A stretch of 64,000 nucleotides of DNA from a phage. Below are positions 43,143 through 53,342 of the stretch, one piece after another (position 1 is the first letter of the stretch; each line of letters starts with the position of its first letter). The stretch lies in the sequence record PZ386964.1; one strand, 5' to 3'. The notes below the pieces were generated by a model. It had not been told where the DNA came from. It did not search any database and worked only from the letters and a program-made list of their open reading frames with translations. A program made the position numbers and the translations under genes.

Positions 43143-44063
43143 ATGACGATACCAATCAGCACGTTTCCTCTATCTGGACAAACGCCAGTATTGCCTGCTG
43201 TATATGCTAACGGTTTGGCGATTGTTTCAGATTTTACATCCGACAAAAACTTGATTGTTCCATTGAGTCCGCCATTGGCGTCTGGATACAATTCAGTTGG
43301 TCAATTCTTTATGATCGGTAATGACGGCGATTCTACCAGCAAGCCGAATCTGACACTTTCAGTTCCCAAAATGAACATAACAGACGTGCAGAGTGGTTTA
43401 ACTGCATCTACAATCACCATCGCTTTTGGCGAAGCAGTGATTATAGGCATGGAGTCTGGAGGGTCCAAGAATGCTGTCGCCGTTAAGGTAGTCAAATCCA
43501 GTGGAAACCAATACACGCTACCAGCGGCAACGGCTTCTGTTCTTGGAGGCGTCAAAATAGGAAGTGGCATAAGCGTTGCAGGTGACGGCACAATTAGCGT
43601 GACTCAATACTCGTTACCGATTGCATCAGCGTCAACCTTGGGCGGCGTAAAGGTAGGTACGACACTATCAATTGATGGTTCTGGTGTTCTTAATGCAGCA
43701 GCAAGCAACGTCCAGAATGCCACTAATGGTGTCAGCAATCCTCCAACAACTTTGGTAAATCTGGCAACCTTAAACCTTCCTGCAGGAAAGTGGCTGGTCA
43801 CGGCAAGTCAGTTGACTGTCGCGACAGCAGGAATTCAAGCGAATACCGGAATTACAGTCAAATTGTCAACAAGTAATTCAGATATTACGGATGATGCATT
43901 TACGATGTCGGCTGGCATTCGGGCTGCAGGTCGTTTCGGCGGCAATATTCCAACAAAGATAATTACTCTTGCCGCGCCTGGCAACGTGTATCTAAACTAT
44001 CAATGCACAGACGCATTGACATCTACCGTTTACGGACAGATCACTGCAATTAAGTTGAACTAA
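43143..44063 (+). CDS. structural protein with tandem LGGVK(I/V)G repeats (fibre-like)
   Basis: TLPAATASVLGGVKIGSGISVAGDGTISV and SLPIASASTLGGVKVGTTLSIDGSGVL repeats; Thr/Ser/Gly-rich. Confidence 0.4.
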   Translation: MTIPISTFPLSGQTPVLPAVYANGLAIVSDFTSDKNLIVPLSPPLASGYNSVGQFFMIGNDGDSTSKPNLTLSVPKMNITDVQSGLTASTITIAFGEAVIIGMESGGSKNAVAVKVVKSSGNQYTLPAATASVLGGVKIGSGISVAGDGTISVTQYSLPIASASTLGGVKVGTTLSIDGSGVLNAAASNVQNATNGVSNPPTTLVNLATLNLPAGKWLVTASQLTVATAGIQANTGITVKLSTSNSDITDDAFTMSAGIRAAGRFGGNIPTKIITLAAPGNVYLNYQCTDALTSTVYGQITAIKLN

Positions 44064-44073
44064 AGAGGAAGTT

Positions 44074-44211
44074 ATGCAAAAGATTATTCAGTCACGTTAC
44101 GTTAAAGTGCGAAATATTAATTGCAACTCTTTGCTTTCTTGGAAATGGGCTGTTTACGACTCGATGCTGATTGGCGTTTTAGTTGCTGGAGTGCTTTTTA
44201 ATATTCACTGA
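44074..44211 (+). CDS. small hypothetical membrane peptide (45 aa)
   Basis: Strong RBS AGAGGAAG; C-terminal hydrophobic LIGVLVAGVLF. Confidence 0.3.
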   Translation: MQKIIQSRYVKVRNINCNSLLSWKWAVYDSMLIGVLVAGVLFNIH

Positions 44212-44253
44212 ATCGCCTGGCAATGGATTGCCGCAGGATTTTACGCGTATAAT

Positions 44254-44521
44254 GACGTATCATCCGTATCAAGTAAGTAGTTGTTTTCGAAAGAATCTTA
44301 CGGGTGATACGGATGATACGCGTTGCCGCGATACTTTATAGGAATTCAAATAAATTAATTTAAAATTATATATCTAATTTAATTTTATTTTTTTATAAAC
44401 TCTTATATATGAAAAGTATCCGTATCATCCGTATCATCCGTAGCACACCAGTGATAGCGCGGCTTATACACCGATACGGATAAAAATACGCCTCATTTTA
44501 TCCGTATCATCCGTATCACAC
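44254..44521. repeat. iteron-rich, AT-rich noncoding region 2 (same 9-bp unit as region 1)
   Basis: CCGTATCAT units: 44254-44273, 44297-44322 (inverted), tandem copies 44416-44444 and 44496-44521, degenerate copy 44471-44492; AT-rich core 44340-44410. Confidence 0.6.
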
Positions 44522-44575
44522 TAATTAAGTCGCGGCTATATCGGTTGTTATACATATTCAAACCATAATTATTGT

Positions 44576-44604
44576 TTGCCTAAGTTTTTTTCATTAGATA
44601 TAAT
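44576..44604 (+). promoter_or_regulatory. sigma70-like promoter for the head/tail structural operon
   Basis: TTGCCT -17- TATAAT, about 25 nt upstream of the protease/scaffold gene. Confidence 0.55.
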
Positions 44605-44633
44605 ACACAATACTTATTTGAGGGTGGATGCGA

Positions 44634-46049
44634 ATGCAAACGGCACGCGAAATTGACAAAAATGGATTCTTGACGATTGTGGGTTGTCCCATTTCGTCAT
44701 TTGGCATTTTTGATTATTCTGCAGGTCAGGTTGGACTTGATGGTGATCCGAATCGCATCGTAAAAGTTTATCGCCCAGAGTCAGCGGTGAAAGACCCCGA
44801 AGCGATAGATTCATTCAAAAATATCCCTTTCATCGACAATCACGAAATGCTTTCTGGATTCGAAGGTGATGAGGATAACACAGCACCCGAAGAGTATGGC
44901 GTTGATGGCGTTCTAACTGGCAATGTTTATTATGACAAGCCATGGATGCGCGGCGACCTTAAAGTGTTTAGCCGTCGTCTTAAGAAGGCCATTGATTCTG
45001 GAAAGGCTGATTTGTCTTTGGGCTATGACTGTGAATTCATCATACAGTCTGGAGAGTTTGACGGGCAGCCGTATGAAGTGGTACAAACAACTCTTCGCGG
45101 CAACCATATTGCTCTCGTGGACGTTGGTCGAGTACCAGGTGCACGGGTGCTGGATGGTCGTTGCTTTGACCATCTTTGTTTGACGACTGTAACACCATCC
45201 AACGAGGATTTAGACATGCCAAAACCGTTAAAAGGTAAAGCGCGTGATAATGCTGTTGAACAGCTGAAATCACTGATCCCTGCGCTCGAACAATTTCTGA
45301 ATGAAGAGAGCACCGAAGCTGCTCATCAGGACGAAGTTGAAGTGAAAGCAGAAGAGAAGGATTCAACCGAAGAACGTGAAGAAGTGATGGTTGATCCAGA
45401 AGTTAAAGCAGAAGCTGAAGAGACTCCAGAAGGTGAAGAGAAGTTTGAAGTTGAAACTGAATCTCACGCTGGCGGCGAACTTCCGCAACTGATCAGCCAA
45501 ATCGAAGCACTTATTGCAAAACTGAAAGGTGGCGCGGTAGGTGATGAAGAAGAAGTTGAAGCCGAAGTCAAAGACGAAGAAGAAATTGAAGTCAAGGCTG
45601 AAGATGTATCACCTTGCGACAAAGCTGAAGATGTGGTTAGCGGCCTGCAAAACAGCAACGTAAAGGGGGCTTCGGTCGAAAAAGATGACAAACCGACAAA
45701 AGCGGCGAAAGCGTCGCCAGGTCCAGCAAAAGGGGAACACTCAATGGCATCTGATTCAGCAGTTGCTGCTTTCTACGCTGATTCTGCTCGTAAGAATAGC
45801 CTCTACCAGCGCCTGTCTAAAGTTGTTGGTGCCTTTGATCATGCAACTATGGACTCCAAGTCCGTAGCGAAATATGGCGCTAAAAAGTTAGGCTTGAAGT
45901 GCGTTGATGGTGCTGAGTTTGACGTTGTGGATAATTATCTGCGCGGCGTTGAACACGGTCAAAAACAGCGTGTAGTCGCAAAACAAAAGGCCGCTGCGGA
46001 TTCTGCAGCAACTGACGAAGCATTTGAAGCTTGGTTGAAAGGGGAATAA
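44634..46049 (+). CDS. prohead protease / scaffolding protein (putative fusion)
   Basis: N-terminal globular domain followed by a long Glu/Lys-rich acidic region typical of scaffold proteins; sits between portal/F-like genes and the capsid gene. Alternative start at 44628. Confidence 0.45.
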   Translation: MQTAREIDKNGFLTIVGCPISSFGIFDYSAGQVGLDGDPNRIVKVYRPESAVKDPEAIDSFKNIPFIDNHEMLSGFEGDEDNTAPEEYGVDGVLTGNVYYDKPWMRGDLKVFSRRLKKAIDSGKADLSLGYDCEFIIQSGEFDGQPYEVVQTTLRGNHIALVDVGRVPGARVLDGRCFDHLCLTTVTPSNEDLDMPKPLKGKARDNAVEQLKSLIPALEQFLNEESTEAAHQDEVEVKAEEKDSTEEREEVMVDPEVKAEAEETPEGEEKFEVETESHAGGELPQLISQIEALIAKLKGGAVGDEEEVEAEVKDEEEIEVKAEDVSPCDKAEDVVSGLQNSNVKGASVEKDDKPTKAAKASPGPAKGEHSMASDSAVAAFYADSARKNSLYQRLSKVVGAFDHATMDSKSVAKYGAKKLGLKCVDGAEFDVVDNYLRGVEHGQKQRVVAKQKAAADSAATDEAFEAWLKGE

Positions 46050-46051
46050 AC

Positions 46052-46669
46052 ATGACTTTCCAAACTAGTGTAGGCCGTCAATATACAACTGGCTTTCCTG
46101 GCGACATCGTTCGCGACGGCCCACAGCGTGGGAAGCCAGGTCGAATCGTTAGCGCCAACGAAGGGGCAAACGTAAACGCCATCAGCCGTGTGTTCGGTTT
46201 TAAGGCTGACGTATCTTTAATGGGTACTGGTCAAACCAAAACCTTGGGCGCGCAGGACTTTGAAGTTGAACTGGGCGGCACCAATTACTACGGCGTCCTC
46301 GGCAACAGCAAGCGTTACGCTCTGTATGGCAACTCTACTGGTCCTTTGGGCGCCAGCATGGTTCTGCCTCAATATAGCGAAGGCGAGTTCTACGACATGT
46401 GCACGGGCCTCGTAGTTGAAGTATTCAACCCAAGCACCAGCCCGCAGACGCTTAACTATGGCGATTTGCTCGCTTATGTACCTAAAGGCATCTCCAGCAC
46501 GGATAACCCGAACAACTTGCCTATCGGTGCAATTATCGCCTATACTGGCTCACTGCCAACTGGCATGGTTGCCATTCCAGGCGGTATCGTGATTGACCCG
46601 ACTGCTATTGCCCTTTCCGGCCCAAGCGTCCAGTCTTCCACTTATACCATTGTACAATTGACTCGTTAA
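46052..46669 (+). CDS. head-associated structural protein (hypothetical)
   Basis: 205 aa, between scaffold and major capsid genes. Confidence 0.4.
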   Translation: MTFQTSVGRQYTTGFPGDIVRDGPQRGKPGRIVSANEGANVNAISRVFGFKADVSLMGTGQTKTLGAQDFEVELGGTNYYGVLGNSKRYALYGNSTGPLGASMVLPQYSEGEFYDMCTGLVVEVFNPSTSPQTLNYGDLLAYVPKGISSTDNPNNLPIGAIIAYTGSLPTGMVAIPGGIVIDPTAIALSGPSVQSSTYTIVQLTR

Positions 46670-46683
46670 TAGGCAGGTGAATA

Positions 46684-47823
46684 ATGACTCGCATTAGCCA
46701 AACACACTCTCGCCTCCCAGCGAGCAAGGTGCGCCCTTTTGATATGCAATCCGTTACCGACGCGGCTGTTTCCCAGCTTGCTCGTATCGGTATTGTGTTT
46801 GATTCCGCGATTGTGCGTGATCAGATTGAGCACTTAAACCGTGCAGGCGCTTTCCGCGTAGGTGACGCCGCGTTTACCGCGCCGCAGACCACGCCATCAA
46901 TCCCGACCCCGCTGCAGTTCCTGCAACAGTGGCTGCCTGGCTTCGTCAAAATCATGACCGCTGCCCGTAAAATTGACGAGCTGGTTGGTATTGACACCGT
47001 TGGTCAGTGGGAAGATGCAGAAATCGTTCAGGGCATCGTTGAACCAGCTGGCACCGCAGTTGAATATGGTGATTTCACCTCTATTCCTCTGGCAAGTTGG
47101 AACGTGAACTTTGAACGTCGTTCCATCGTTCGCGGTGAAATGGGCATGGCAGTCGGCATGCTGGAAGAAGGCCGCGCGTCTGCGATGCGTCTGAACTCCG
47201 CAGAGACCAAGCGCCAGCAGGCTGCTGTATCTCTGGAAATCATGCGTAACGCAATCGGCTTCTATGGTTGGTACAACGGGAACAACCGCACGTTCGGCTT
47301 CCTGAATGATCCAAACCTGCCAGCGGCGATGACTTCAAACACCACTTCCGGCTGGGCTACTGCGACCTTCCAACAGGTGACTGCAGACATCCGTTTGATG
47401 GTTCGTCAAATTCGTGTAAACTCTCAGGATCAGATTGATCCAGAGAAGGTTGACATGACTCTGGCGTTGCCGACCAACTCTATTGATTGGCTGTCAAACA
47501 CCACCGACTTCGGTATTTCTGTACGTGACTGGATCACCCAGACTTATCCGAAGATGAAGATCAAATCTGCACCGGAACTCAACGGCGCACTTGGCAGTGA
47601 CCCGACTTTCCTGAACGTGGCATATCTGTACGCTGATCACATCGATTCCTCAATTGATGGCTCAAGCGATGATGGTTCCGTATTCAGTCAGCTGGTCCAG
47701 ACTAAGTTCATGACTCTGGGCGTTGAGAAACGTGCCAAGAGCTACGTTGAAGACTACGCAAACGCAACAGCAGGCGTTCTGCTCAAGCGTCCTTTCGCAG
47801 TCGTCCGTATGACTGGTATCTAA
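46684..47823 (+). CDS. major capsid protein (putative)
   Basis: 379 aa; position after protease/scaffold; followed by strong hairpin at 47849-47878. Confidence 0.5.
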   Translation: MTRISQTHSRLPASKVRPFDMQSVTDAAVSQLARIGIVFDSAIVRDQIEHLNRAGAFRVGDAAFTAPQTTPSIPTPLQFLQQWLPGFVKIMTAARKIDELVGIDTVGQWEDAEIVQGIVEPAGTAVEYGDFTSIPLASWNVNFERRSIVRGEMGMAVGMLEEGRASAMRLNSAETKRQQAAVSLEIMRNAIGFYGWYNGNNRTFGFLNDPNLPAAMTSNTTSGWATATFQQVTADIRLMVRQIRVNSQDQIDPEKVDMTLALPTNSIDWLSNTTDFGISVRDWITQTYPKMKIKSAPELNGALGSDPTFLNVAYLYADHIDSSIDGSSDDGSVFSQLVQTKFMTLGVEKRAKSYVEDYANATAGVLLKRPFAVVRMTGI

Positions 47824-47848
47824 TTGCTGTGATTACACAGTAAAACAC

Positions 47849-47878
47849 ATGGGGCGTGGTCGAAAGGCTTCGCCCCAT
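47849..47878 (+). terminator. strong hairpin after capsid gene (no clear U-run)
   Basis: ATGGGGCG...CGCCCCAT 8-bp stem with 14-nt loop. Confidence 0.4.
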
Positions 47879-47938
47879 ATCAATAGACCTCAAGGGCTGT
47901 AGGGGCTTATCTGAGGCTTATATAAATAGGACTACAAA

Positions 47939-48403
47939 ATGCCAAAATACATCGTTTCAACTATGTCTATGTCAGTCAACTACACTTTCTATACGGAAGT
48001 GAAAGAAAACCCGAACGCAAAAGCTGGTTCAGGCGCTCTTCCAAACATTCGCAAACAGATTCTGATTAAAGGCGGCGCTGGCCTTACTTCGGCAACCTCC
48101 GGCTTTGGTGAAATGGCAAAAGGCGCTGATGGTGCACCTTTGTGGACTCCTGAAGGAATCGTCACCGTTGTAAGCGATGCTGATTTTGAACATTTAAAAG
48201 ATCATCACGTATTCAAGCAACACCTTGAAAAAGGTCTGGTTAAAGTCGTGAACCACGACATTGTTGGCAATCACAAAGCTGTCGCTAAAGAAGTGCGCGG
48301 CATGTCAGATGACCCATTCGCACCTATGACGCGTGAGACGGCTGACAAGCGCATTAAGGTTAAATTGAGCGGCGACCAAGAAGATGATTTGTTCCGCGTT
48401 TAA
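47939..48403 (+). CDS. hypothetical structural protein
   Basis: 154 aa; TATAAATA sequence at 47921-47928 upstream. Confidence 0.45.
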   Translation: MPKYIVSTMSMSVNYTFYTEVKENPNAKAGSGALPNIRKQILIKGGAGLTSATSGFGEMAKGADGAPLWTPEGIVTVVSDADFEHLKDHHVFKQHLEKGLVKVVNHDIVGNHKAVAKEVRGMSDDPFAPMTRETADKRIKVKLSGDQEDDLFRV

Positions 48404-48417
48404 ATAAGGTGAATGCC

Positions 48418-48873
48418 ATGTCATTAGATTACGAAAAGTTCAGAATAAAATTTCCACAGTTTGCTGATCAGGTGAAATTCCCTGACGCAACGCTTCAAGT
48501 ATTCTATGACATGGCATGTGAATTTATTGAATCACAAGACAGTCCTTGTCGTGTTTTAAATGGCAGTAAATTGGAGCTGGCATTGGAATATATGACGGCT
48601 CATCTTTTATGCATAGCCGCAGACCAACAGGTGTCTGTGTCTTCTGGCGACGGAGTTGAACAAGGCGGCTTCGTGACTGGTGCAACAATCGGTGACATCA
48701 CCGTGAATAAGGTAGCGCCGCCTGCGAGTGATGGTTGGGAATACTGGCTGTCAAGCACTCCTTATGGTATGGCGCTTTGGGCGCTTCTGCAAGCACTGGC
48801 TGTCGGCGGCTTGTCGTTTGGCGGTCTTCCAGAGCGCGAAGGATTCCGTAAAATTGGTGGGGTATTCTGGTGA
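48418..48873 (+). CDS. hypothetical structural protein (head-tail joining region)
   Basis: Start at MSLDYEKF... with RBS AAGGTGA. Confidence 0.45.
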   Translation: MSLDYEKFRIKFPQFADQVKFPDATLQVFYDMACEFIESQDSPCRVLNGSKLELALEYMTAHLLCIAADQQVSVSSGDGVEQGGFVTGATIGDITVNKVAPPASDGWEYWLSSTPYGMALWALLQALAVGGLSFGGLPEREGFRKIGGVFW

Positions 48874-49256
48874 GGATTCCTGGCGTAAACTTATATCGAG
48901 TTGCGACAAAGGTCATCGGTCGCCAACCGATTCAATATTACATGTACAAGGGGCGCACTCTTGATAAAATGCGCAACTACGTTACCACTTATGAAGAACC
49001 AATCACCCTGCTTGCTTCGGTGCAGGCTGTACTTCGAAATCAATACGTTGAGCTTGGATTAGAGCTTCAAAAGAACTATGTCAAAATCTGGGTAGACAAA
49101 GACATTGTTGACCTTGACCGCGACGCTTCCGGCGACTATTTTGTGTTTGGTGGGAAAACGTATAAAATGGAAGATGAAACGACATGGTTTGACCAAGATG
49201 GTTGGACGTCTTGCCTTGCCGTGGAAGTAAAACAAAGCTTTCCAGTGTCTACTTGA
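48870..49256 (+). CDS. hypothetical structural protein
   Basis: 128 aa, overlapping start/stop. Confidence 0.45.
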   Translation: MRIPGVNLYRVATKVIGRQPIQYYMYKGRTLDKMRNYVTTYEEPITLLASVQAVLRNQYVELGLELQKNYVKIWVDKDIVDLDRDASGDYFVFGGKTYKMEDETTWFDQDGWTSCLAVEVKQSFPVST

Positions 49257-49263
49257 GGTGCAT

Positions 49264-49839
49264 ATGACAGATGTCGACCTGATTGACATGCTGGCAACGC
49301 GAATTGAAGAAGGTCTGGCGGCGTATAGTCGTGCAGACCTTTCTGCTGTTCCGGTCCAGAAAAAGTATCAACCGACTCAACAGGGTATTCCGACTGGTGA
49401 CCAAATTTGGTTTAACCTTTTATTCTCAGTTCCGTTTGGATGGTCCATGAGGAAAAGTGAATTTGTCAATGATGAGTCTCAATTTGTAAACGGAAAATTC
49501 AAAGATATTGAAGATCAAATATACGCTACACGTTTTCAAATCAGCGGCTTATTTCCAGAAGTTCCTGGCAATCCAGAAAAGCCTACTGCTAATGACGTGT
49601 TGACTTATTTGGCAAGATTTATAACTCATAAAGCTAATCTGAGAGATTGGTTCAAAAAGCACCAAGCTTCAGTATATCGAATCGACATGAATAATAATGA
49701 AAAGTTTTATGATGACATGTCTCAATTCGAATCATTCCCTTCTTTTGATTTAGTAATACTTCACAGAAACGCAATTTCAATTGATACTCCTGCAGTGGCA
49801 AGAGCTGTTAATAATGATTTGGGTGACGTTCCGGTGTAA
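49264..49839 (+). CDS. hypothetical structural protein
   Basis: 191 aa; alternative GTG start at 49258. Confidence 0.45.
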   Translation: MTDVDLIDMLATRIEEGLAAYSRADLSAVPVQKKYQPTQQGIPTGDQIWFNLLFSVPFGWSMRKSEFVNDESQFVNGKFKDIEDQIYATRFQISGLFPEVPGNPEKPTANDVLTYLARFITHKANLRDWFKKHQASVYRIDMNNNEKFYDDMSQFESFPSFDLVILHRNAISIDTPAVARAVNNDLGDVPV

Positions 49840-49840
49840 T

Positions 49841-50326
49841 ATGACAAAATCAAAAATGATAGAAAAACAGATTAAGGCACTTCAATCTATGAAGGGTCTT
49901 ACTGTTGAGGCAGGATGGTTTGATTCTACCAGATACCCTTCAGAAACTGGTGGAGAAGGCATACTGGTGTCAGAAGTCGCGCGGCTTAACGAGTTTGGTC
50001 ACATAGCCGTTTTGAACTTTGGACAAGGCCCAGTCAGGGTAGAAGTGCCACCCAGACCATTCATGAGATATGCCTATGAATTATTCGTTAGTGAGCGCAG
50101 TGAAATAGAGAATAAAATTGCTAAAAAAATTTTTTCCGGTAAAATAGACGCTAGACAGGCATTGGGTCAAATTGGGCTTGCGATGGAAGCAAAGATTGTC
50201 GAATCAATTAAAAACGGACCGTGGCAACCAAACGCCAGATATACTGTCCGTGTGAAGGGATTCGACAAGCCTTTGATTCACACTAGCCTCATGTGGCAAT
50301 CTGTCAGCAGCCAAGTCATTAAATAA
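49841..50326 (+). CDS. virion morphogenesis / tail completion-like protein
   Basis: 161 aa immediately upstream of the sheath gene. Confidence 0.4.
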   Translation: MTKSKMIEKQIKALQSMKGLTVEAGWFDSTRYPSETGGEGILVSEVARLNEFGHIAVLNFGQGPVRVEVPPRPFMRYAYELFVSERSEIENKIAKKIFSGKIDARQALGQIGLAMEAKIVESIKNGPWQPNARYTVRVKGFDKPLIHTSLMWQSVSSQVIK

Positions 50327-50338
50327 GAGGACACCGAC

Positions 50339-51877
50339 GTGATCAGTCAATCTCGTTATATTAAAATTGTATCAGGGGTCGGAGCAGGCGCGGCTGTTGC
50401 AGTTCGCAAACTGTCGCTTCGCGTCATGACTTCTAATACAGTTCTGCCGCCCGGCATTGTAGCAGAATTTTCAACGGCTGATGCTGTTGGATCATATTTC
50501 GGTTATTCTTCCGAGGAATATAAGCGCGCAGCATTATATTTTGGATTCATCAGCAAGCAAATTAACTCGCCTGATTCAATCAGCTTCTCGCGTATTGTTT
50601 CAACTGCGATTCCAGCAATGGTAATCGGTGATACTGAGCCTAAAGTGCTTGCTACGTTTCAAGCATTCACTGGCGCTATCTTAAGCATCACTTACGATGG
50701 CACAGACTACCTGACTGACGCAATTAACCTTTCAGCGGCGACAAGTCTGGCGAATGTTGCTGAACTTCTGGAGACGGCAATCAATACTAAATTTGCAGCA
50801 GAAGGTGGCACATCGGTGCCTGCACTTGCTGATGCAGAAGTGTATTGGAACGCTAACACTCAGCAGTTCACGCTGGAAGCAGCGCCGTCGACCGCTGGTG
50901 CAGGAAATCTGTCTATCAACGTCACAGGCCAACCGACCGACCCGTCTCAAGCATTGGGTTGGACCACCACTGGAACCGTAACTGTTGCAGGCCAGGGCGT
51001 TTCAAGTCCGGTAGAAGCAATCGCAGCATCTGTGGAAATCTCCAACAACTTTGGCTCATTCCTTTTTGCTGGGGCTGACCGAACTCTGGAAGAAATTACC
51101 GCTGTGGCAGCGTGGACTCATTCGCAGAATAATATGTACATGTATTTATTCTCGACTTCGTTCGCCAATATCGGGTCATACTACACCGCTCTGAAAGGGT
51201 ACTCAGGTGTTGGCATGATGATTCGCGCAACTAACCTTGCCAACGATTACATCGACCAAGCGCCTGCTGAAATCCTCGCGGCAACAAACTATAATACTGT
51301 GAATGCAACTCAAAACTACATGTATTATCAGTTTGACACTCGCAACGTGACTGTTTCAACTGACTCTCGCGCAGATACTGCTGATCAAAACCGTGCCAAC
51401 TACATCGGCGCTACTCAGCAGGCCGGACAAACATTGGCGTTCTTCCAGCGCGGTGTATTGATGGGCGGGTCAACTGCAGCAGTTGATATGAACACTTATG
51501 CCAACGAAATGTGGCTCAAGTCTGCTATTACATCTCAGCTGTTTAGCATGTTCTTGAATCTGGGTCGCGTGCCTGCTAACGAAGAAGGGAAAGCGACTGT
51601 ACAAGCCATGATTCAGGTTGCTGTGGATAACGCAAAAGTAAACGGCACCATCTCTGTTGGCAAGGCGCTGACTGAGATTCAGAAACAATACATCACGCAA
51701 ACTTCCGGTGACAACACTGCTTGGCGACAGGTTGAAACTATCGGTTACTGGCTGACTGTAGATTTTGATACTGAAACCACTTCCGATGGGCGCACCGAAT
51801 ACTATGCAACATACACGCTAATCTACTCTAAAGATGATGCTGTGCGTCGCGTTGAAGGTCGTGACGTTCTTATCTAA
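50339..51877 (+). CDS. tail sheath protein (putative)
   Basis: 512 aa; GTG start with RBS AAGAGGA; size and position upstream of tube-like genes. Confidence 0.5.
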   Translation: MISQSRYIKIVSGVGAGAAVAVRKLSLRVMTSNTVLPPGIVAEFSTADAVGSYFGYSSEEYKRAALYFGFISKQINSPDSISFSRIVSTAIPAMVIGDTEPKVLATFQAFTGAILSITYDGTDYLTDAINLSAATSLANVAELLETAINTKFAAEGGTSVPALADAEVYWNANTQQFTLEAAPSTAGAGNLSINVTGQPTDPSQALGWTTTGTVTVAGQGVSSPVEAIAASVEISNNFGSFLFAGADRTLEEITAVAAWTHSQNNMYMYLFSTSFANIGSYYTALKGYSGVGMMIRATNLANDYIDQAPAEILAATNYNTVNATQNYMYYQFDTRNVTVSTDSRADTADQNRANYIGATQQAGQTLAFFQRGVLMGGSTAAVDMNTYANEMWLKSAITSQLFSMFLNLGRVPANEEGKATVQAMIQVAVDNAKVNGTISVGKALTEIQKQYITQTSGDNTAWRQVETIGYWLTVDFDTETTSDGRTEYYATYTLIYSKDDAVRRVEGRDVLI

Positions 51878-51883
51878 ATAATT

Positions 51884-51901
51884 GCCGCCGTCACTGGCGG
51901 C
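51884..51901 (+). terminator. hairpin after sheath gene (weak terminator/attenuator)
   Basis: GCCGCC-GTCACT-GGCGGC; no U-run. Confidence 0.3.
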
Positions 51902-51924
51902 CATCTCTCTGAGAGGAATCTGTA

Positions 51925-52392
51925 ATGATTAACGTTTCCGGTTTTGGCGCTTCGATTCGTTTAGTGGCATCAAACACTTTTCCAAATGGTGTAACTCTTT
52001 CTGATTTCGCAGATGATGCTGATCCGATTGACGCGCCTGATCTTCAAATCTCTGAAGCAGCAATGGGATTGAACGGTGACCTGGTAGTCTGGAACCGTGC
52101 CAACCCTCTTGAAGTAGGCGTCAACATCATCCCTACTTCTGAAAGCGATGTGAACTTAGATGTTCTGGCAGCGGCTAACCGTGTAGGCAAGCGCAAGAAC
52201 TCTGCGAAAGACGTGATCACCCTTATTCTGACCTATCCTTCTGGCATGGTCATCACACTGAACAAGGGCACTTTGACGACTGGTTCAGTGATTCCTGGCA
52301 TCCAGTCTCAGGGTCGTGTAAAAACACGTCAATATCGCTTTAAGTTTGAGAACGTAGTCAAAACTGGCGTGAGCAACCAAGAGATTTTATAA
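51925..52392 (+). CDS. tail tube protein (putative), paralog 1
   Basis: 155 aa; N-terminus MINVSGFGASIRLVA nearly identical to that of 53343-53840. Confidence 0.45.
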   Translation: MINVSGFGASIRLVASNTFPNGVTLSDFADDADPIDAPDLQISEAAMGLNGDLVVWNRANPLEVGVNIIPTSESDVNLDVLAAANRVGKRKNSAKDVITLILTYPSGMVITLNKGTLTTGSVIPGIQSQGRVKTRQYRFKFENVVKTGVSNQEIL

Positions 52393-52721
52393 TGTATCAA
52401 ATACCACTTGACAGCGTACCTAACCAGAATATCAGCTTTAACGTTGACGGTGCTTATTGGCAGCTGCACATATTCGCCGCAATTGAGCACATGTGCGCAG
52501 ATGTTTACCGCAATGGCGAACTGTTGATTCAGGGGGTGCGTTGTTTTGGTGGTATACCAATGGTGCCTTATAAATATCTCATGATTGGGTACGGCAACTT
52601 TATTTTTGACAGCGTACCCGATTATGAGAATTTTAACTCTGGCGGCTGTAATTTATATTACATGTCAGAATCTGAGTTGGCTGAATTCCAGAAGACTGCT
52701 GAAGCGGAGTTTGCAATTTGA
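52392..52721 (+). CDS. hypothetical tail protein
   Basis: 109 aa. Confidence 0.4.
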   Translation: MYQIPLDSVPNQNISFNVDGAYWQLHIFAAIEHMCADVYRNGELLIQGVRCFGGIPMVPYKYLMIGYGNFIFDSVPDYENFNSGGCNLYYMSESELAEFQKTAEAEFAI

Positions 52722-53074
52722 CAACTCTAACGATTGAAGTTAATGATAACAACGACCTGTTTCTGCCTGATGGAAGAAATTTGAATATTCTGTCAGGAGA
52801 GAAGGCTATGGTACAAGTCATCAAGGCGGCGCATCAAATGCGACTTGGTGAAGACTTGTACGATGTTGAAAACGGAGTCGATTATTTAGGCACTGTTTTC
52901 AAATCGCCCGTTGATGAAGACGGTGCGAGAAAGTCGATTGCAGATGCTATTCTGAAGAAAGCAGACGTTGCCGGAATCGACTCATTGACTGTCACCATCC
53001 AAAACGGTATTCTTGGATTCACCGCTGAAGTGGTGACTATTTATGGCGAACGTATAAAGGTGAGTAATCAATAA
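52718..53074 (+). CDS. hypothetical tail protein
   Basis: 118 aa. Confidence 0.4.
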   Translation: MTTLTIEVNDNNDLFLPDGRNLNILSGEKAMVQVIKAAHQMRLGEDLYDVENGVDYLGTVFKSPVDEDGARKSIADAILKKADVAGIDSLTVTIQNGILGFTAEVVTIYGERIKVSNQ

Positions 53075-53340
53075 TGGCACAAGTAATTCATTTTGCTAAT
53101 GGCGTCATGAAATTTGGCGAAAAATTTGAAGACGCATCGGAATTATTCAACAAGACTTCAAAGCCTGTTGCGGAGAAGAAAGAACAGGTCGAAGAGAAGA
53201 CATTAGAGTCAAAAGTTGATTTTGATTCAATGAGCGTCTCTGAATTGAAGGCTTATGCAAAGGAACATGAGATTGACATCAAAGGTCTTTCTTATAAGGA
53301 TGAAATTCTTGCGGCAGTTAAATCTGCATCTGCGGAGTAA
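53074..53340 (+). CDS. hypothetical protein with C-terminal HeH/SAP-like motif
   Basis: 88 aa; MSVSELKAYAKEHEIDIKGLSYKDEILAAV. Confidence 0.4.
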   Translation: MAQVIHFANGVMKFGEKFEDASELFNKTSKPVAEKKEQVEEKTLESKVDFDSMSVSELKAYAKEHEIDIKGLSYKDEILAAVKSASAE

Positions 53341-53342
53341 AT

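Noticed and set aside
47921-47928. TATAAATA (T4-late-promoter-like) upstream of gene 47939
   Set aside because: Single occurrence; other structural operons use sigma70-like TTGCCT/TATAAT promoters, so a T4-type late system is not supported.
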